Shown here in pieces: positions 24,701-37,127 of a stretch of DNA of 64,000 bases. Positions within the stretch are counted from its first letter, which is position 1. Each line of letters starts with the position of its first letter. The DNA lies in the NCBI GenBank assembly GCA_022813965.1, contig JALDZS010000004.1, forward strand, positions 62,001-126,000. The letters are read 5' to 3'. The notes beneath the pieces were generated by a model. It was not told the DNA's origin. It worked only from the letters and a program-made list of their open reading frames with translations, and did not search any database. Source of the stretch: Toensbergia leucococca. Taxonomy: Eukaryota. The position numbers and the translations under genes are program-made.

Positions 24701-26074
24701 TGTATGTGGTGGATGTTGGTTTTCTTTTTGGTTACAGAAGAGTTTCGAAGGATGGATTGGAGGTTTAGGGGAAAATTGATGACTGAGGTTTTGGATTGAT
24801 TTTATAAAGAAGAATGGGTGTAACAGTGGAATATAACCCCTCCTTCAGCTTCACCACCGCAGTACCAGAGATGAGGTGGTGGGGTTATTCCGAAGAAATT
24901 CCAAACCACTACGTCAGTAAATGAAAGCTCTCCACCACTCTGCTCGGACGCAAAATAGGTAGCATCGCGGCTATGTGGTTGGCTCCCCTCTTTCGCTCTT
25001 GGACGAGACAGTGTCGTTCCAACTGCCAGGAGGCAGATCCGTCCAGGCGGTACGGATAGATAGGTAGATCATCTCAATGAGCAGTCACAGAAGCTGCAGG
25101 ATTCAGAACATCTTCCAAATCATGCTTCGGTAGACAAAAGGCGGGGTTTGGGGAACGGATGAGGTTCTGGACCATATTCGTAGGCTATGGAGATGCCGGC
25201 GCCAGTCTCCTAGGTTTCTAAAAGTTATCTCGGACGCATGCGGGCTGGTCGTTGAGGTTCCATTGGTGAGGATACATCAGCTAGATTTGGGGAATTCCAA
25301 ATACTCTGCCAGATCCCAGATCCCAGATCCACAATGGTGCAGCGAGTGTATCCTCAAGCCTAGCCCCAACTAGGCTTTTTTGACAGTCACGTTACTGTCT
25401 TGTAAAGTTCGGATGTTGAATGTTCCCATGTACGAGTACTCGTAATGCATCTCACTCGCTGCGATTCTTTGGGATAAAACCTTGGAGCGTCCGGAGTCAT
25501 AGGAACTGGGAACCGAGCCATGCCTTGTTGTCCCGAGGATATGCTGTATCATCTCTCATCAATGGATGCTCTGTGACTTTCGTTGCTTACGTGAATTGCA
25601 TCAGATGCTAATGAATCTGGTCCGGAGAGATGACCATGTAAAGTGGGTGAGGTAGCGCTTTGTACAGAGGAACAATCAATATATCCACATCGGTACTCCG
25701 TAGTGATATATACTTGATTACTGATCTTGATCGTTACTCGAATCGAAATGATGACAAAAGAATTTCCTATGAAATCGTGCCCTGTCAAGATTAGTCATTA
25801 CCATATTCTACTCTCACATCCCCAGTTACAGTAGCTTGGTGAAGTATTTGCACAATTGTACGAGGAGTTGACACGGCCTTTGATATGATAGTTGTCTGAT
25901 ATTTGACAGCATCAGCCGAGAATACATCTATCCTCATGCAAGCATGCTATTTTACAACTTCCAAGACTTGCCCGTTTCCCCATTTTTCCATGCAATCATC
26001 GATTGTCTATATATTGGCAGCTTGTCAGCTGTAGTCTCTTCCATCTACCAAAGTCCCAGAAGCTCCAAACAAGC

Positions 26075-28972
26075 CTATCCCATATGTTGAAAGACATTAG
26101 GCGTCTCCTGCATCATGTCAAAGAAGCCGTCACCCATGAACATCGATGCACTAAGATCTCCCTCCCCGAATGTCATGCCAATGGCCTGTTCGAATCCAGG
26201 GTACATCCCTTGATGCGTATTGTGGTCCACACCTGCATCGATTCCCTGCATCGTTGGAGGATAATAACCAGTCGAGAAATGGTTGATAGCAGTTCCCATT
26301 GCGTTGGCATTGTAATTGTACCACCCATCACCACCATTACTGATCTGATGCCCACTGGCTGCCGAACCACCCATCGCAACTTCGCTGAGCATGTGCAACG
26401 GTGTATTACCCATTGCTGGCAACGGAGGAAGCGGCGCGAGTGGTTCCTGCGGTATCGAGGTAGGCCCAGCGCCGTGGCCGTCACCGTTAAGCTGTATCTT
26501 CCTGTACCCTTGCCTCGGCGTATTCCTTTCCGACCCCACAGGCTGAGCTTCAAATTGCACTCCTTTCGCAATTTCATCAGATACACCACACTTGCCCTCT
26601 CTTTGTCTCTCAAACAATGTTTTGAGCATCACTAGGACCATGAGAAAGTTGTGAGCCGGACGACATTTCCCATCCGCCGAGCCAGCCCGTAAGGAATCGA
26701 TTGTCCTGCTCAGGTACTGTTCAAGTTTCATGTCCTCGATCGAAATGACCTTGCCCAGTTCGCTATCACGTGAGGTGGCAGCAAAGTACATCTTCATCAG
26801 TAGGACATTGGCATAAGCCATCCGAACGAAATGGAAGATGGGTACCGTACGAACATCCTTGACAGTAAAAGCAAGGAATGTATCCAAAACACCATGAATT
26901 GACGTCAAGCAGATAGTCAATGCACCAACCTGACCTGAAGTGAGAATTTCCGGTTGCGTGTTGCCGTTTCCACGAGCATCGTCCCGGTTGTACGGTGTCT
27001 TGAGACTTTCCATGTTGTATTCAAGGTGCATTGCAACTTCATGCATGTACAGGTTGACAACGTTTAGACCGAAGTCTAACGGTACTGCAAAGTTGTTGTT
27101 AGCTACTTGGCATGTATGAAGTGGTGATGTTGAGAAGAAGCTTCAAGGTGCTAGAGGTTGACAGCTTACGTGAGACAATATTCCTAGGCTTTTGTTTCTG
27201 CCAATCTTTGAGTTGTCTTTCAAACCCCTTCAGAGCGTACTGTATTTTAGGGTCTGCTACACCAACGGAATAAGCATCATCCATTGAAATCTGGCCTCCA
27301 ACTTCATCAGTAAGCCGTTGTAGCCTTAACCATTGACAAAGAACCATATCGCTGGCAAGAGCTTCGTTGGATGTTTCAAGGACATTGAGACATTCATCCA
27401 TATATGAGCTCCAGCGGATAATATTCGGACGACGTAGTCCCATCGCAGTACTAACACGAAAAACCATCAGCTATTGATACGATTACAAATTAAGCCCATC
27501 TTGAAAGATGAAGGAGGCTCGGAGGCTTCAAGAAACAGCAGGAATACCTACTTGGCGCACAGTAGGAAGCAGCTCAGCCACGCTCTTCTGGATTCGATTG
27601 TATCAGGTGTTGGTAGAATGCTCTTGGTTCGAGTCTCATCTCTCCATACTCCATGATATCGCTCTTTTGTGACTTTCGCCTTTCTGGCAAGCCCAAGGTC
27701 AATAGCCATAACAGCAGCCATGTGAATCAATTGATAGTACTTTGCGTCTTTGTCGTCTTCTGGCCAGTACCAGATGGTCGATATTTGAAGAGCTTGTATA
27801 AGTTCGAGAGACTTCTCGCCTTTGGAGACGATTCGCTCCCCATAGATCCGCATAACATCTTTTGTCAGAATTCGCTGGAGCTCGGGGTGATCCTGCCCAG
27901 ACGCAATACTCAGTATAGCTAGGAAAAGCGTAGGTTTAGTCCTACGAATTTCACCAGGCTGAGTATTCAAGGGAAAAACCACAGTAGGCATGTGGGGCGC
28001 CATTTCGTTGATGTAGTGGTAGAAGATATTAGCGGCAGTGGTCGCATCCAGTATCTTGCGATCAACGACATCTGCGTATTCATGACCAGGAATTGGTGCA
28101 TCTGGGGGAGTAAGAGTAGAGGTTCTCGAGGTTCTGGAATTGACTCTTTTTCCTACGAGATGTGGATGTATGCTCGACGTATCAGAAACAATGTGTGGCG
28201 AGGGGTTGCCTAGATATGTATACCTTGGGGGATCTGGGCGGGAAGCGGGCACCACAGCACCTGTGTCGTCGTCTTGGTATTCAGAGCGCCGTCGTTTTCG
28301 ACTGGCGCCGGGATGCGCTGGGTATATTGGTTGCTGTCTCGCAACTTCGCTCGAAGGTCGCGAGCGTTGCTTCGAGTAGGGTGTCGAATCTGAAGAGTCG
28401 GGACCCTGACGCGCAGAATTCTGAGACACATCGAGATATCTATTGGTAGAGATGCTTTGTGGTTGCGGAGGTTCCTCATAACTATCATCGTCGCTGTCGC
28501 TTGTTCCTTGCCCCTTGGTGGTTGCTTGTAAGCTTGCCGTCAAAGCATCAATTTTCTTCTCGAGCTCAGCAACTCTGCTATCCGTTTTCTTTTGCCTCTT
28601 CCGACTTGGAGCTGTCACAACGCAGTGGCGACCTGCCTTGGCGCACCTCCTACAGGTACCTTTGATGGGATCGGGTTCGCAGCGCACTTTGAGTCCCCGG
28701 CAAGCTTCGCAAGCTCTGGGTCGTTTTGGGTCAGTCGGGCTATCTTCAGCGAGCTGCGAAGAGGGTACTGAGGGATCATGACGGAGGGAAATTTCTGGCG
28801 GAGGTAGTTTGCGTGGTTGCGGGTCCTGACGGAGAGAATAGTACGGGTGGGCGGCGTCTTGTGGTAAAGGAGGGAACGGCTGCTGTGGAGGTGGCAGTCT
28901 GATTGGATTGAGGGCATAAGAAGGCAGAGGGTTATATGGAGAGGGTTCCCGGAGTCGAGGATCGATTTCCAT
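26075..28972 (-). CDS. Zn(II)2Cys6 transcription factor with fungal-specific TF domain (War1/PriB-like)
   Basis: RPRACEACRGLKVRCEPDPIKGTCRRCAKAGRHC cluster, then EKSLELIQAL and ESRRAWLSCF. Three exons corresponding to ORFs 27548-28972, 27099-27467 and 26075-27046. Confidence 0.92.
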
Positions 28973-29757
28973 GATGGCGGATCTTGAGCTTCAAACAACC
29001 TTCGACTTTAGTCGGTTTGTCGGGTGGTCGTCGGTGCGTGTTGTTGCCGTTCAACCGTGTCGAATTCAAATCTTCACATCACCAACACAACTATGCCTGT
29101 GGCCACAAACAATCAATGAGGGACTTAGTAAGGAAGGCGTTATATGATCGATGAGCTCATGAATCTCGTAGAAATATGAACGGCGACACTGCACATATTC
29201 CTCGATTCAGCTGTGCCTCAGCCCTAGAAACTGCCCTCGGCCTCCCATATTTGACACTTCACTTCCGGCACTAGATCCCGAGTGCTTCCTACCTTACCAC
29301 CTTACCTATCAACGTACTTTTTACATCTAACCTGTAGCCATTGACAATACGAACAGGTAAATGAAATGATGATCTGCACGGGTACAACATGTTAATTCAA
29401 TACCCATACTTAATCCGTGTCTCGTCGATGTTGTGGTATAGCAGACATAGCCACCTTGTTAAAATAGAATTCCTGCTACTGACTCCGCATCTTCCACCCG
29501 AGACAGCTGCCCTTCTACTACAACTGTAGCCTCGAACAAAATGTTACCTCCCTGCGCACCATTCACTTTACGGAAGACAACAAGCTTTGAGACGACGATG
29601 AAGAAGTTCTAGTCGCGCCATACGTCGTGCTGACAAGGCGTGGGATGCCGATAAGCTTCAAATTGGGCTGTTGCAGTGCGTACCAACAGACATTTGAGAA
29701 TGGCCATGGACACTTGATAGACGCATTGATCTCAAGCTGATAGAATGATTCTGGTGA

Positions 29758-30057
29758 CTAGCCTGAGCTTACGGGTGGTATGATTGCGACCTCATCACCC
29801 TCTTCTATGATAAGATTCAGCGATTCGAGATCTCCACTCTGCTGTTCTTCCCCAAGATCAATGTACTCTAAATTGATAGTAACAGCACAGCTACTTAGGA
29901 CACTCTTTTGAATTCCCGGATATTGCTTTTCGAGAGTTTCAAATAGCTTGAGCGCCGGTAAGGGTGCAGGAAGGTTCTCGGATGATTTCCTCGTGAAGCT
30001 TGAAGCAGTTGCGAAATAAAGCACGCTGAAGTGGCCCAGAGGAGGCTTGCTGGACAT
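29758..30057 (-). CDS. cnxG: Molybdopterin synthase sulfur-carrier (small) subunit, MoaD/MOCS2A family
   Basis: VLYFA near the N-terminus and C-terminal GDEVAIIPPVSSG*. ATG at 30057. Confidence 0.9.
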   Translation of the reverse strand: MSSKPPLGHFSVLYFATASSFTRKSSENLPAPLPALKLFETLEKQYPGIQKSVLSSCAVTINLEYIDLGEEQQSGDLESLNLIIEEGDEVAIIPPVSSG

Positions 30058-30447
30058 ATCGAATACAGTCTTTCCTACCACAGCAGAATTAGCAAAATGC
30101 CAACTTCAATGATGTGAGACATAGTCTTGTGCTGTAAAGATAGAGGTGATCAGAATTGTAGATGTGTCGACAGAACAGCCCACCATAGAGGAGTGCTTGT
30201 TTGGATAATACATGCTTTGTTACTTGTAGTTCATCATATGAGTGAACATAATAGAATAAGAAAATAAAGCGATGCTTAACCTACCGTGTACGGATGTATC
30301 AAAGAGTGTCCTGCTGGGGCCGTAAAAGTAGGTACTGAGCCCACATTAAAGTGCTACTCCGTAAATATTCTAGTATTCTAAAAGATGCCGTGCACGGACC
30401 ATGCATAAGTCCATCTCATCACGGCGTGCCAAAAATCAACACCAGCC
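30058..30447. promoter_or_regulatory. Probable bidirectional promoter between cnxG and the RNB exonuclease gene
   Basis: About 390 bp separate two divergent start codons; inferred from geometry only. Confidence 0.45.
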
Positions 30448-33400
30448 ATGTCGATACGGCAGAGGCCTTGCACCTCAACCCGATTCGAGAGCATCTGTTG
30501 GCGCTGTGCATCTGTGCAGAGTCTCCGGTATAGCGTATCAGCTTCTTACCCTGTACTACTGTTGCCCAAGAGGGACTCAAGTCCTGGTCACAAGACTAGG
30601 CGTTGGACTCCATTATTGAGTGCATCGATCAAGCCTCGTCTATGGGCAAGCCATGACTTTGCTCATCTTTCTAAGAATACAGGATCCGTGGGCGACAGGA
30701 GAAATTTCGGCATACACACAACACAAAGCCATGATGTAAAATCCTCCGCCGGGCAACTCTTCGGGGAAGATCTCATAAGTGAGTCATCGCTAGATCACAG
30801 TCGACGAACATGCGGTTGCAGAATTGCTGTATGCGCTGCAAATCTCTCTTACAGACCAACATCACATGGAAGACTGCAAACAACAGAGAAGTTGATATCG
30901 AGTTCGTCACAGCATCATTCCAAATCACACTCAAGGGTGCTTGCCCCATCTCAAAATGCAGCTATACCATCACACGATGCTCCAAACCTCTGGCGATCTC
31001 TGCCAATGGAGTTGAATGAAACGGTAATAAGAAAGAGAGGGTCTTTGCCAAAATTTCAGGGTGAGGCTAGTCAGCATAGAAATCTGTGCCGCAAACTAAG
31101 TCTTTCAAATCCGTATGGTTCGACTAGAAGATGGCTTCACACGGCGGGCACTGCAGGTAAGCTTGGATTTGAACTAATTATCTGGCGTCCCCTCTAATTA
31201 CGCCAGTTGAAATCCTCAGATACCGATAATCAGGATATACTTTCTGCAGAAAGAAATTCTATCGTTGGCACTTTATCCCCGGGGAATATCAATATTCGTG
31301 AACATCTACAGCTTTGGCAAGAGCAACAAGATATCTCGGAGACAAATGTTGCTCAGCCTGATAATCTAAAGCACTCCATTAAGCATGGACATGTTCAAGT
31401 AGCAAGGCCCAAGGAGGATGAAGCTCTGATTGCGAATTCTCCAGAAGATGAATTCTTTGATCACGAATTCGATATCGTTAATAGTTTAGAGGATCAAGCT
31501 CTAGGTCCTACAGACCGCCGTAGACTTCAACAAGGTGATATGGTTGAATTCGTGTGAGTATTTCAGATTTTCACATACTGGGCCAACGCTCACCTGGCCT
31601 AGGTCAAATACCGGGCCAATCCTCGCAGTTTTCATTCGAAAGATTGATTTCCAAGCACAGTTCTATACAATGCATGGCAAATGCTTTCATAGACGATACC
31701 ACGCAGACCACGCAGCGAGCTTCATGGTACCGAACATGATGCTGCCCGAGGACGTAGCGACGATTATTCCATACTTACCGACAGATAGAGTTCAGGTAGA
31801 CAAGCTGGACAGAGTCGAGTCCTTAGACGTCAATGTTCCACGTGAGGCTGGAGCAAATATGGTTAGAAAAATGCGTGCGTTTCAAAAAGCTGCAGATAGA
31901 ACATACAGGAGATTTGCTCCGAAGCTTGATAACGCCCACAAAATCATGGCCCATGAGACAGACTACAGGTACGCTACGCTGCAAGAAGTAGCTAGTAAGG
32001 TCTTGCAAGCACCCGGCAGCGTACCTAGGCTCTCTTTCTCTCAATCGACATTATGGGCTGTTCACCGGGCGTTATCTCAGGGAGATCGTGGATTCAGCCA
32101 GGACTTCATCTCGAAAAATTATGAAATATTGCCAATGACAGAGATCAATGTGATCAAGAAAGTCAGGCAGTGGGTACGAGGATATCAAGAGGATGTCGTC
32201 GCAGATTCCACAGCTATGTCTTCATGGAATAGCACGACGGGGTCATTATCCAAGGTCAATAAAGCTAAATCCAACGTTGTCAGTCAGTTTGTGAGAAAAG
32301 CCCAAATTCTAATCGAGAAGAGTCGGGAACATCGAGCTGTCACAAAAATGGGGTCGATCGGTCCATCCTCTATCAAGTTCAATCCCCCGGAATCAACGCA
32401 CAGGTGGGCGATCAGATATCACGACGACATTCAGTTCACTGCAGAGGAATTGGATATCCTTCACTTTCTAAACATATGGGCTGCTCGATTGGTACATCAT
32501 GCGTCACTCTCATCAATTGGGCCGATGATACTTCGTGCTACTGGTATGTATGAAGGAGCTGACCTCAACGCGTCCACAGCCATAGTTTTCCTCATGGAAT
32601 TAGGGACTATGGCACCATGGCAAAACCGGGTGGTGTACAACTCTAAGCTAGCGCTTCCTGGACACGGGTTTTCCAACGCGATAGATCATGCGAAGTCTCA
32701 AGCCAGCGACGCGAGGTTGACTCGGGCCACACTGAAGGACTCGATGGAAGACCTAAGGACAGATTGGGGCGATATGGAAGTATTTTGCATCGATGCTTCA
32801 TCAGCCGGGGAGATAGATGATGGCGTATCTTTGGAGCCAGCCGATGGATCGTCGTACTGGGTACACATTCACGTTGCAAATCCTTCTGCATTCATTCATC
32901 CAGAGCACGAATTAGCTAAATATGCTTGCGCCCTAACCGAATCGGTCTATTTCCCCGAAAGAGCATACCCCATGTTTCACCCTTCCATCTCCCAGAGTTT
33001 CTTCAGTCTCGCCAAGAATAGACCGTCCATCACCTTCAGTGCAAAAGTGTCGGCTGAAGGAGATTTCACCGAGATCAAAGTCACTCCTGGAAGAATACAC
33101 AACGTAATATACTTGGAGCCGCAAACGATAGATCGGGAACTTGCTGGCGAAGGTTATGAAGCTGAGACAACATTGATGCTGAGTGTGGGTGGCGACCCGC
33201 CGCCAGTCAGCGGGCGGCGGCTTATTCACAAAAGCTTGACGGCGTCGCAAAAGACGGTGCTGCTCAAGCTGACAGAGCTTGGTGAGGCAAGACGTCGTAA
33301 ACGTGAGGCTGAAGGTGGTATTTCCTTCCCTAGATCAGACCAAAATCCTTCGGTTTACGGCCCAGGCCTATATTTAGCAAGTATATACGGCGCTCGAGCC

Positions 33401-34246
33401 AGGCAATTCCTGGGTGGCCCGATTATCTCATGGGAAGCAAATCCAACGAGTCAACCGGGATCCAAGAAGGGCACGCTTGTTTCCGACCTCATGCTGCTTG
33501 CCTGCGAAATTGCCGCAACTTGGTGTAGTCAGCGGAATATCCCCATCATATTTCGGGGAAATCGGACGACTCAAGATCTACCTGCGGCACAAAAATTAAG
33601 GAAAGAGTTCCAGGATCCACTGCTCGCGAAGCACGGCGCTGCTCATCAGCAAAGAATAAGCGAGTATGTACTCCTTGTTGGAAGGCCTGAGCCCTCGGCC
33701 TCGCCCATCCCCCACATAATCATCGGCGCAAAGGCTTATTCCAAAGTCACGTCTCCCCTGCGACGATATGGTGATCTCGTAGCGCACTGGCAAATTGAGG
33801 CTGCCATCCGCCACGAGGCATCTACCGGCATCTCTCTAGTCGGCAATACCGACAACTCCTACCTGCCATTCTCCTATTTCCAGATCCAAAGCCTCCTTCC
33901 GCACATCACACACCGTGAACTCCACATCAGCACCGCTAAACACTATTCGACGCGCCACTGGATCTTTCAATTGCTCTTCCGAGCCTTTTACTTCCAGGAG
34001 GCGAAACTCCCAGATACGTTCCATATGTCGGTTTGGCACATGGCTCTTGAGAAGTCGGGGAAAACCTTGGGCGTGATGAAGGAATTTAACCTTCTATGCT
34101 TTTTTTCCGATAACAGCTTGACCGAAGCTCATGGCCTGAACCCGGGCGACTTGTGGGAGGTTAAGATTGTGGAGGTGGATACTTATCATCTGAGAGTGGT
34201 GGTGGATCCGATTCGGTTCATCGAGGCGGACAAGTCGCTTTTGTAA
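30448..34246 (+). CDS. cyt-4: Mitochondrial RNase II/RNB exoribonuclease (Cyt-4/Dss1-like), 3 exons
   Basis: Basic presequence-like N-terminus with ICWRC. Introns 31157-31206 and about 31554-31602. VFCIDASSAGEIDDGVSL, WVHIHVANP, SVYFPE..YPMF and VTSPLRRYGDLVAHWQI RNB motifs. Confidence 0.88.
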
Positions 34247-34521
34247 TGGGGAAAGGATGGGCCGGTCTGTACCTATCTCTATTGTGATGATTGTCGCATA
34301 GTGGACCCTTTTGCTTGAGCGAGGGCTGTATCCGTAAGGCGGTAGGGGGGGGGTTGATATTTATTGTACAGATACCTAAATCCATCGGTAACCAAGCTTT
34401 TCGTTGTGATACCCAACTCTTCTTGGAGCCCTTTTTTTCCCGTCTACCTAGTTTAATAGATTTCGTTCTCTGCCTTCTCCAAATACTGCACGAGCACGTG
34501 ACGAGTAATTATAAACCCTTT

Positions 34522-34615
34522 GTGTGTTCATTCAGCAGCTTGGTCCGTGCGCCTGCTATTCTAAACAATCCCTGTCACCTCACGGCGCACAGACCAAGCT
34601 GCTGAATGAACACAC
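34522..34615. repeat. Intergenic inverted repeat (32-bp arms, 1 mismatch, 30-nt loop)
   Basis: GTGTGTTCATTCAGCAGCTTGGTCcGTGCGCC (34522-34553) pairs with GGCGCACaGACCAAGCTGCTGAATGAACACAC (34584-34615). Confidence 0.95.
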
Positions 34616-35144
34616 GTGACACGAAGGGATAACGGATGTCCGAGGGTCCCTGGCGCGCGAAGTCATGTCTTCGGGATGGGGTTGTCTCGAGGTGGTCTAT
34701 GTAAAATCTAAGTAAAAGCTTTGAAAATCAAATATTTCAATCTTCGACAATAGAAATTGCATCACCGTTCAAAATACACAAATCCATCAATCCCATTGCG
34801 CCGACGATCTGTCAAAACAATCAGTCTGCGCAAAGTTTGCCCATTCGCGTTGATCAACTACTCAGCCTCATGACGTCCCACCAGACTATTTTCCCTGCTT
34901 CAGTGTCTACAGCAACCCTACGGATACCCATCTCGCTCTCAACCATGCAGAATGATGGACCATAAATCACCAAGCCGCCAACGCCACAAGGCGGTCAAAT
35001 CAATAAAACTGCCCTCATATCGCCGACCCTCTCCATTTACAAAAAGGTTACACATCATGACCGTTCCACCTCCATATTCTCCCACCCAAAGCCATTGAAC
35101 ACGGCAGTCTCACCCACCGCCGCAACTGACAAGCCCGCACCAAC

Positions 35145-35769
35145 ATGCTCGACCGCATCTGCCTAACGCTCATTAACCTCTTCTGTACCCTTCCCCACCC
35201 TTCCCCATCAAAGCAATAACCACTAACTCACCCTCCTCCCAGTCCCCCCCTTGACCGTCTTAATCGTAACCCATCCCGCTCCCCTTACAACACCCCAAAC
35301 ACAGCACTAACCCCCTACCCCCAAAATCCAGATCTGCGGCCCCTCGAGCGACTGTCTCATAAACAGCTTTCTCTTCCTCTGCGGTGTCATCCCCGCCCAC
35401 ATCCACGGCTTCTACATCTCCTGCACCTACTACCACCGCCGGCGGAAAGTGCGCAAGGGCCGCTATCCAGGGGGCGCTGTTGGCGGGATTTCTTCGAGGA
35501 AGGTGTGGAATGGAGGGGCTAGTGATGAGGAGGTTGCGAGGTTGAAATTTGTCGATGAGGAGAAGAGGGCGGAGAAGGAGGGGAGGAAGAAGAGTGGGGC
35601 GGATTGGCGGGGGGTGAGAGAGGGGGATGAGTTTGGGAAGGAGGGGATGGGGAGGTCGAGGTCGAGAAGGGGTGATGATCAGGCGGAGATGGTGGGGAGG
35701 ACGAGGTCAAGAAGGGACGATAATCAACCGGCCATGCTTGGGAGGACGAGGTCTAGGAGGAACATTTAA
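35145..35769 (+). CDS. Pmp3/Sna (UPF0057) proteolipid-family membrane protein with a basic C-terminal extension, 3 exons
   Basis: Introns 35185-35242 and 35266-35331 flank a 23-nt middle exon. Spliced product MLDRICLTLINLFFPPLTVLIICGPSSDCLINSFLFLCGVIPAHIHGFYI fits the Pmp3 pattern (FPPL.V..G..LIN..L...G.IP...H..Y). Confidence 0.85.
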
Positions 35770-37127
35770 GACAACTGACGTCGTTCCAGCCGGAGAGCTT
35801 CTGGGGTGGGTAGGGGCCAAGGGCGGCATAAGAAGCACGGAACATAAAGGGGCTTAACAGTATCTTAGACAATCCGAAAAAACAAATCACCAAACTCAAG
35901 AAACACAACGGACAAAGTTTGAGCTCCAGATCCATCACCACCCCCTACCAACCCCTCCCTCCCCGCCCTCCCCCCCATCGAACACAATCTCACAAACCAT
36001 CGAACGCAAATCCACCACCTCCCAAATCCACATCCCGACCAAAAACCCTCAAAACAACCCCATCACCCGCCTCACCCCCTACACCCTTCACGCCCTCCCC
36101 TTCCTTTCCCGCTGCGCCAACCCTTCCATTCTCTTGTACCGGCAATGCCAGGCTCAGCCACGTTGAGTGGGGGGAGTGGATCTAGAATCTCTCGCCCCGT
36201 GGTACTGCTTGTATGTGTTCAAGATTGTGGGGGTTATGTTGAGAGTAGTTGTTGTCAAATGCCTATCTGTGGTCATGGCTACGAGATCGTTGCTCTCGCT
36301 ACGTAACATTGTGTTTGCGAGTTTGCGCCTGGGCGTCCTCGTTGTTGCCTGATTCAGGACCCAGGCCCAGGTTGGGGGGGGGTTCATTTATTTGAGAAGA
36401 GGGTGTCTGTCTATCATCTTCCTTTGATTCCAAGCGTTGGAGCCGGGGTTTGTTTTGAAGGGAAGTAGAATAGGGGAAAGATAGCTTGGATTACTAGATT
36501 GATCAATTGGAGATATAGAGATGGATAAACCCAATACAACTGATCCCAAAAACGGTCTCATTAACTCATGGGCCAGCCATCTCTTTTTCAAGCTCAAGAC
36601 TAAAGAAAATCCCTCCTCTTCTCCCCTTTAATCGTCGCAAATCCAATGCATTATTCCCAGCCGAAAAACGTTCATCTCATCATTCAATGCGTTTGATTTC
36701 GTCCTTCATACAAGTTTCAATTACTGTCGTGATTCATAAATGTCGTTCTGTTCGCCAACACCGCTGGGCAGGCTGGTGCTGGATGCTGCTCTGAGTGTCG
36801 CCGAATCAAGTCAGAGGGGGCCTTTGGACGCCAAAAATACTTGATGAGCCGATTCATTCTCATCATCGAATTTTCTCGTCTTCGGCACGAGGAAGTGCTA
36901 CACGTTTTGTCAAGCCGAGCCGTGTTGTCTTCTTGTCTTCCTGTATTTTCTTTTTTCAAGATGGGAATAATCGCCCCTTTTCACTAAGCTGAGTGTTTTC
37001 TTCAGGTTCAAGGGGGGAGCCGAGATTGTTGTTAATGGGTGTTCTAAATCAAGTTTTTGAGATCAAGAGCAAGCAAGGACTGAAGAACCGAAGAGACTTT
37101 TCATCATAAATCCTTCTTGAGTTCGGT

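Noticed and set aside
17791..28972. Secondary-metabolite cluster (methyltransferase, GFA protein, Zn2Cys6 factor, nearby amidase and MFS transporter)
   Set aside because: No PKS, NRPS, terpene synthase or DMATS backbone gene in the window, and these families are commonly dispersed.
29758..29775. C-terminal SG instead of the canonical GG in the MoaD-like protein
   Set aside because: PPVSSG is, to my knowledge, the usual ending of filamentous-fungal CnxG, so it is not a novelty.
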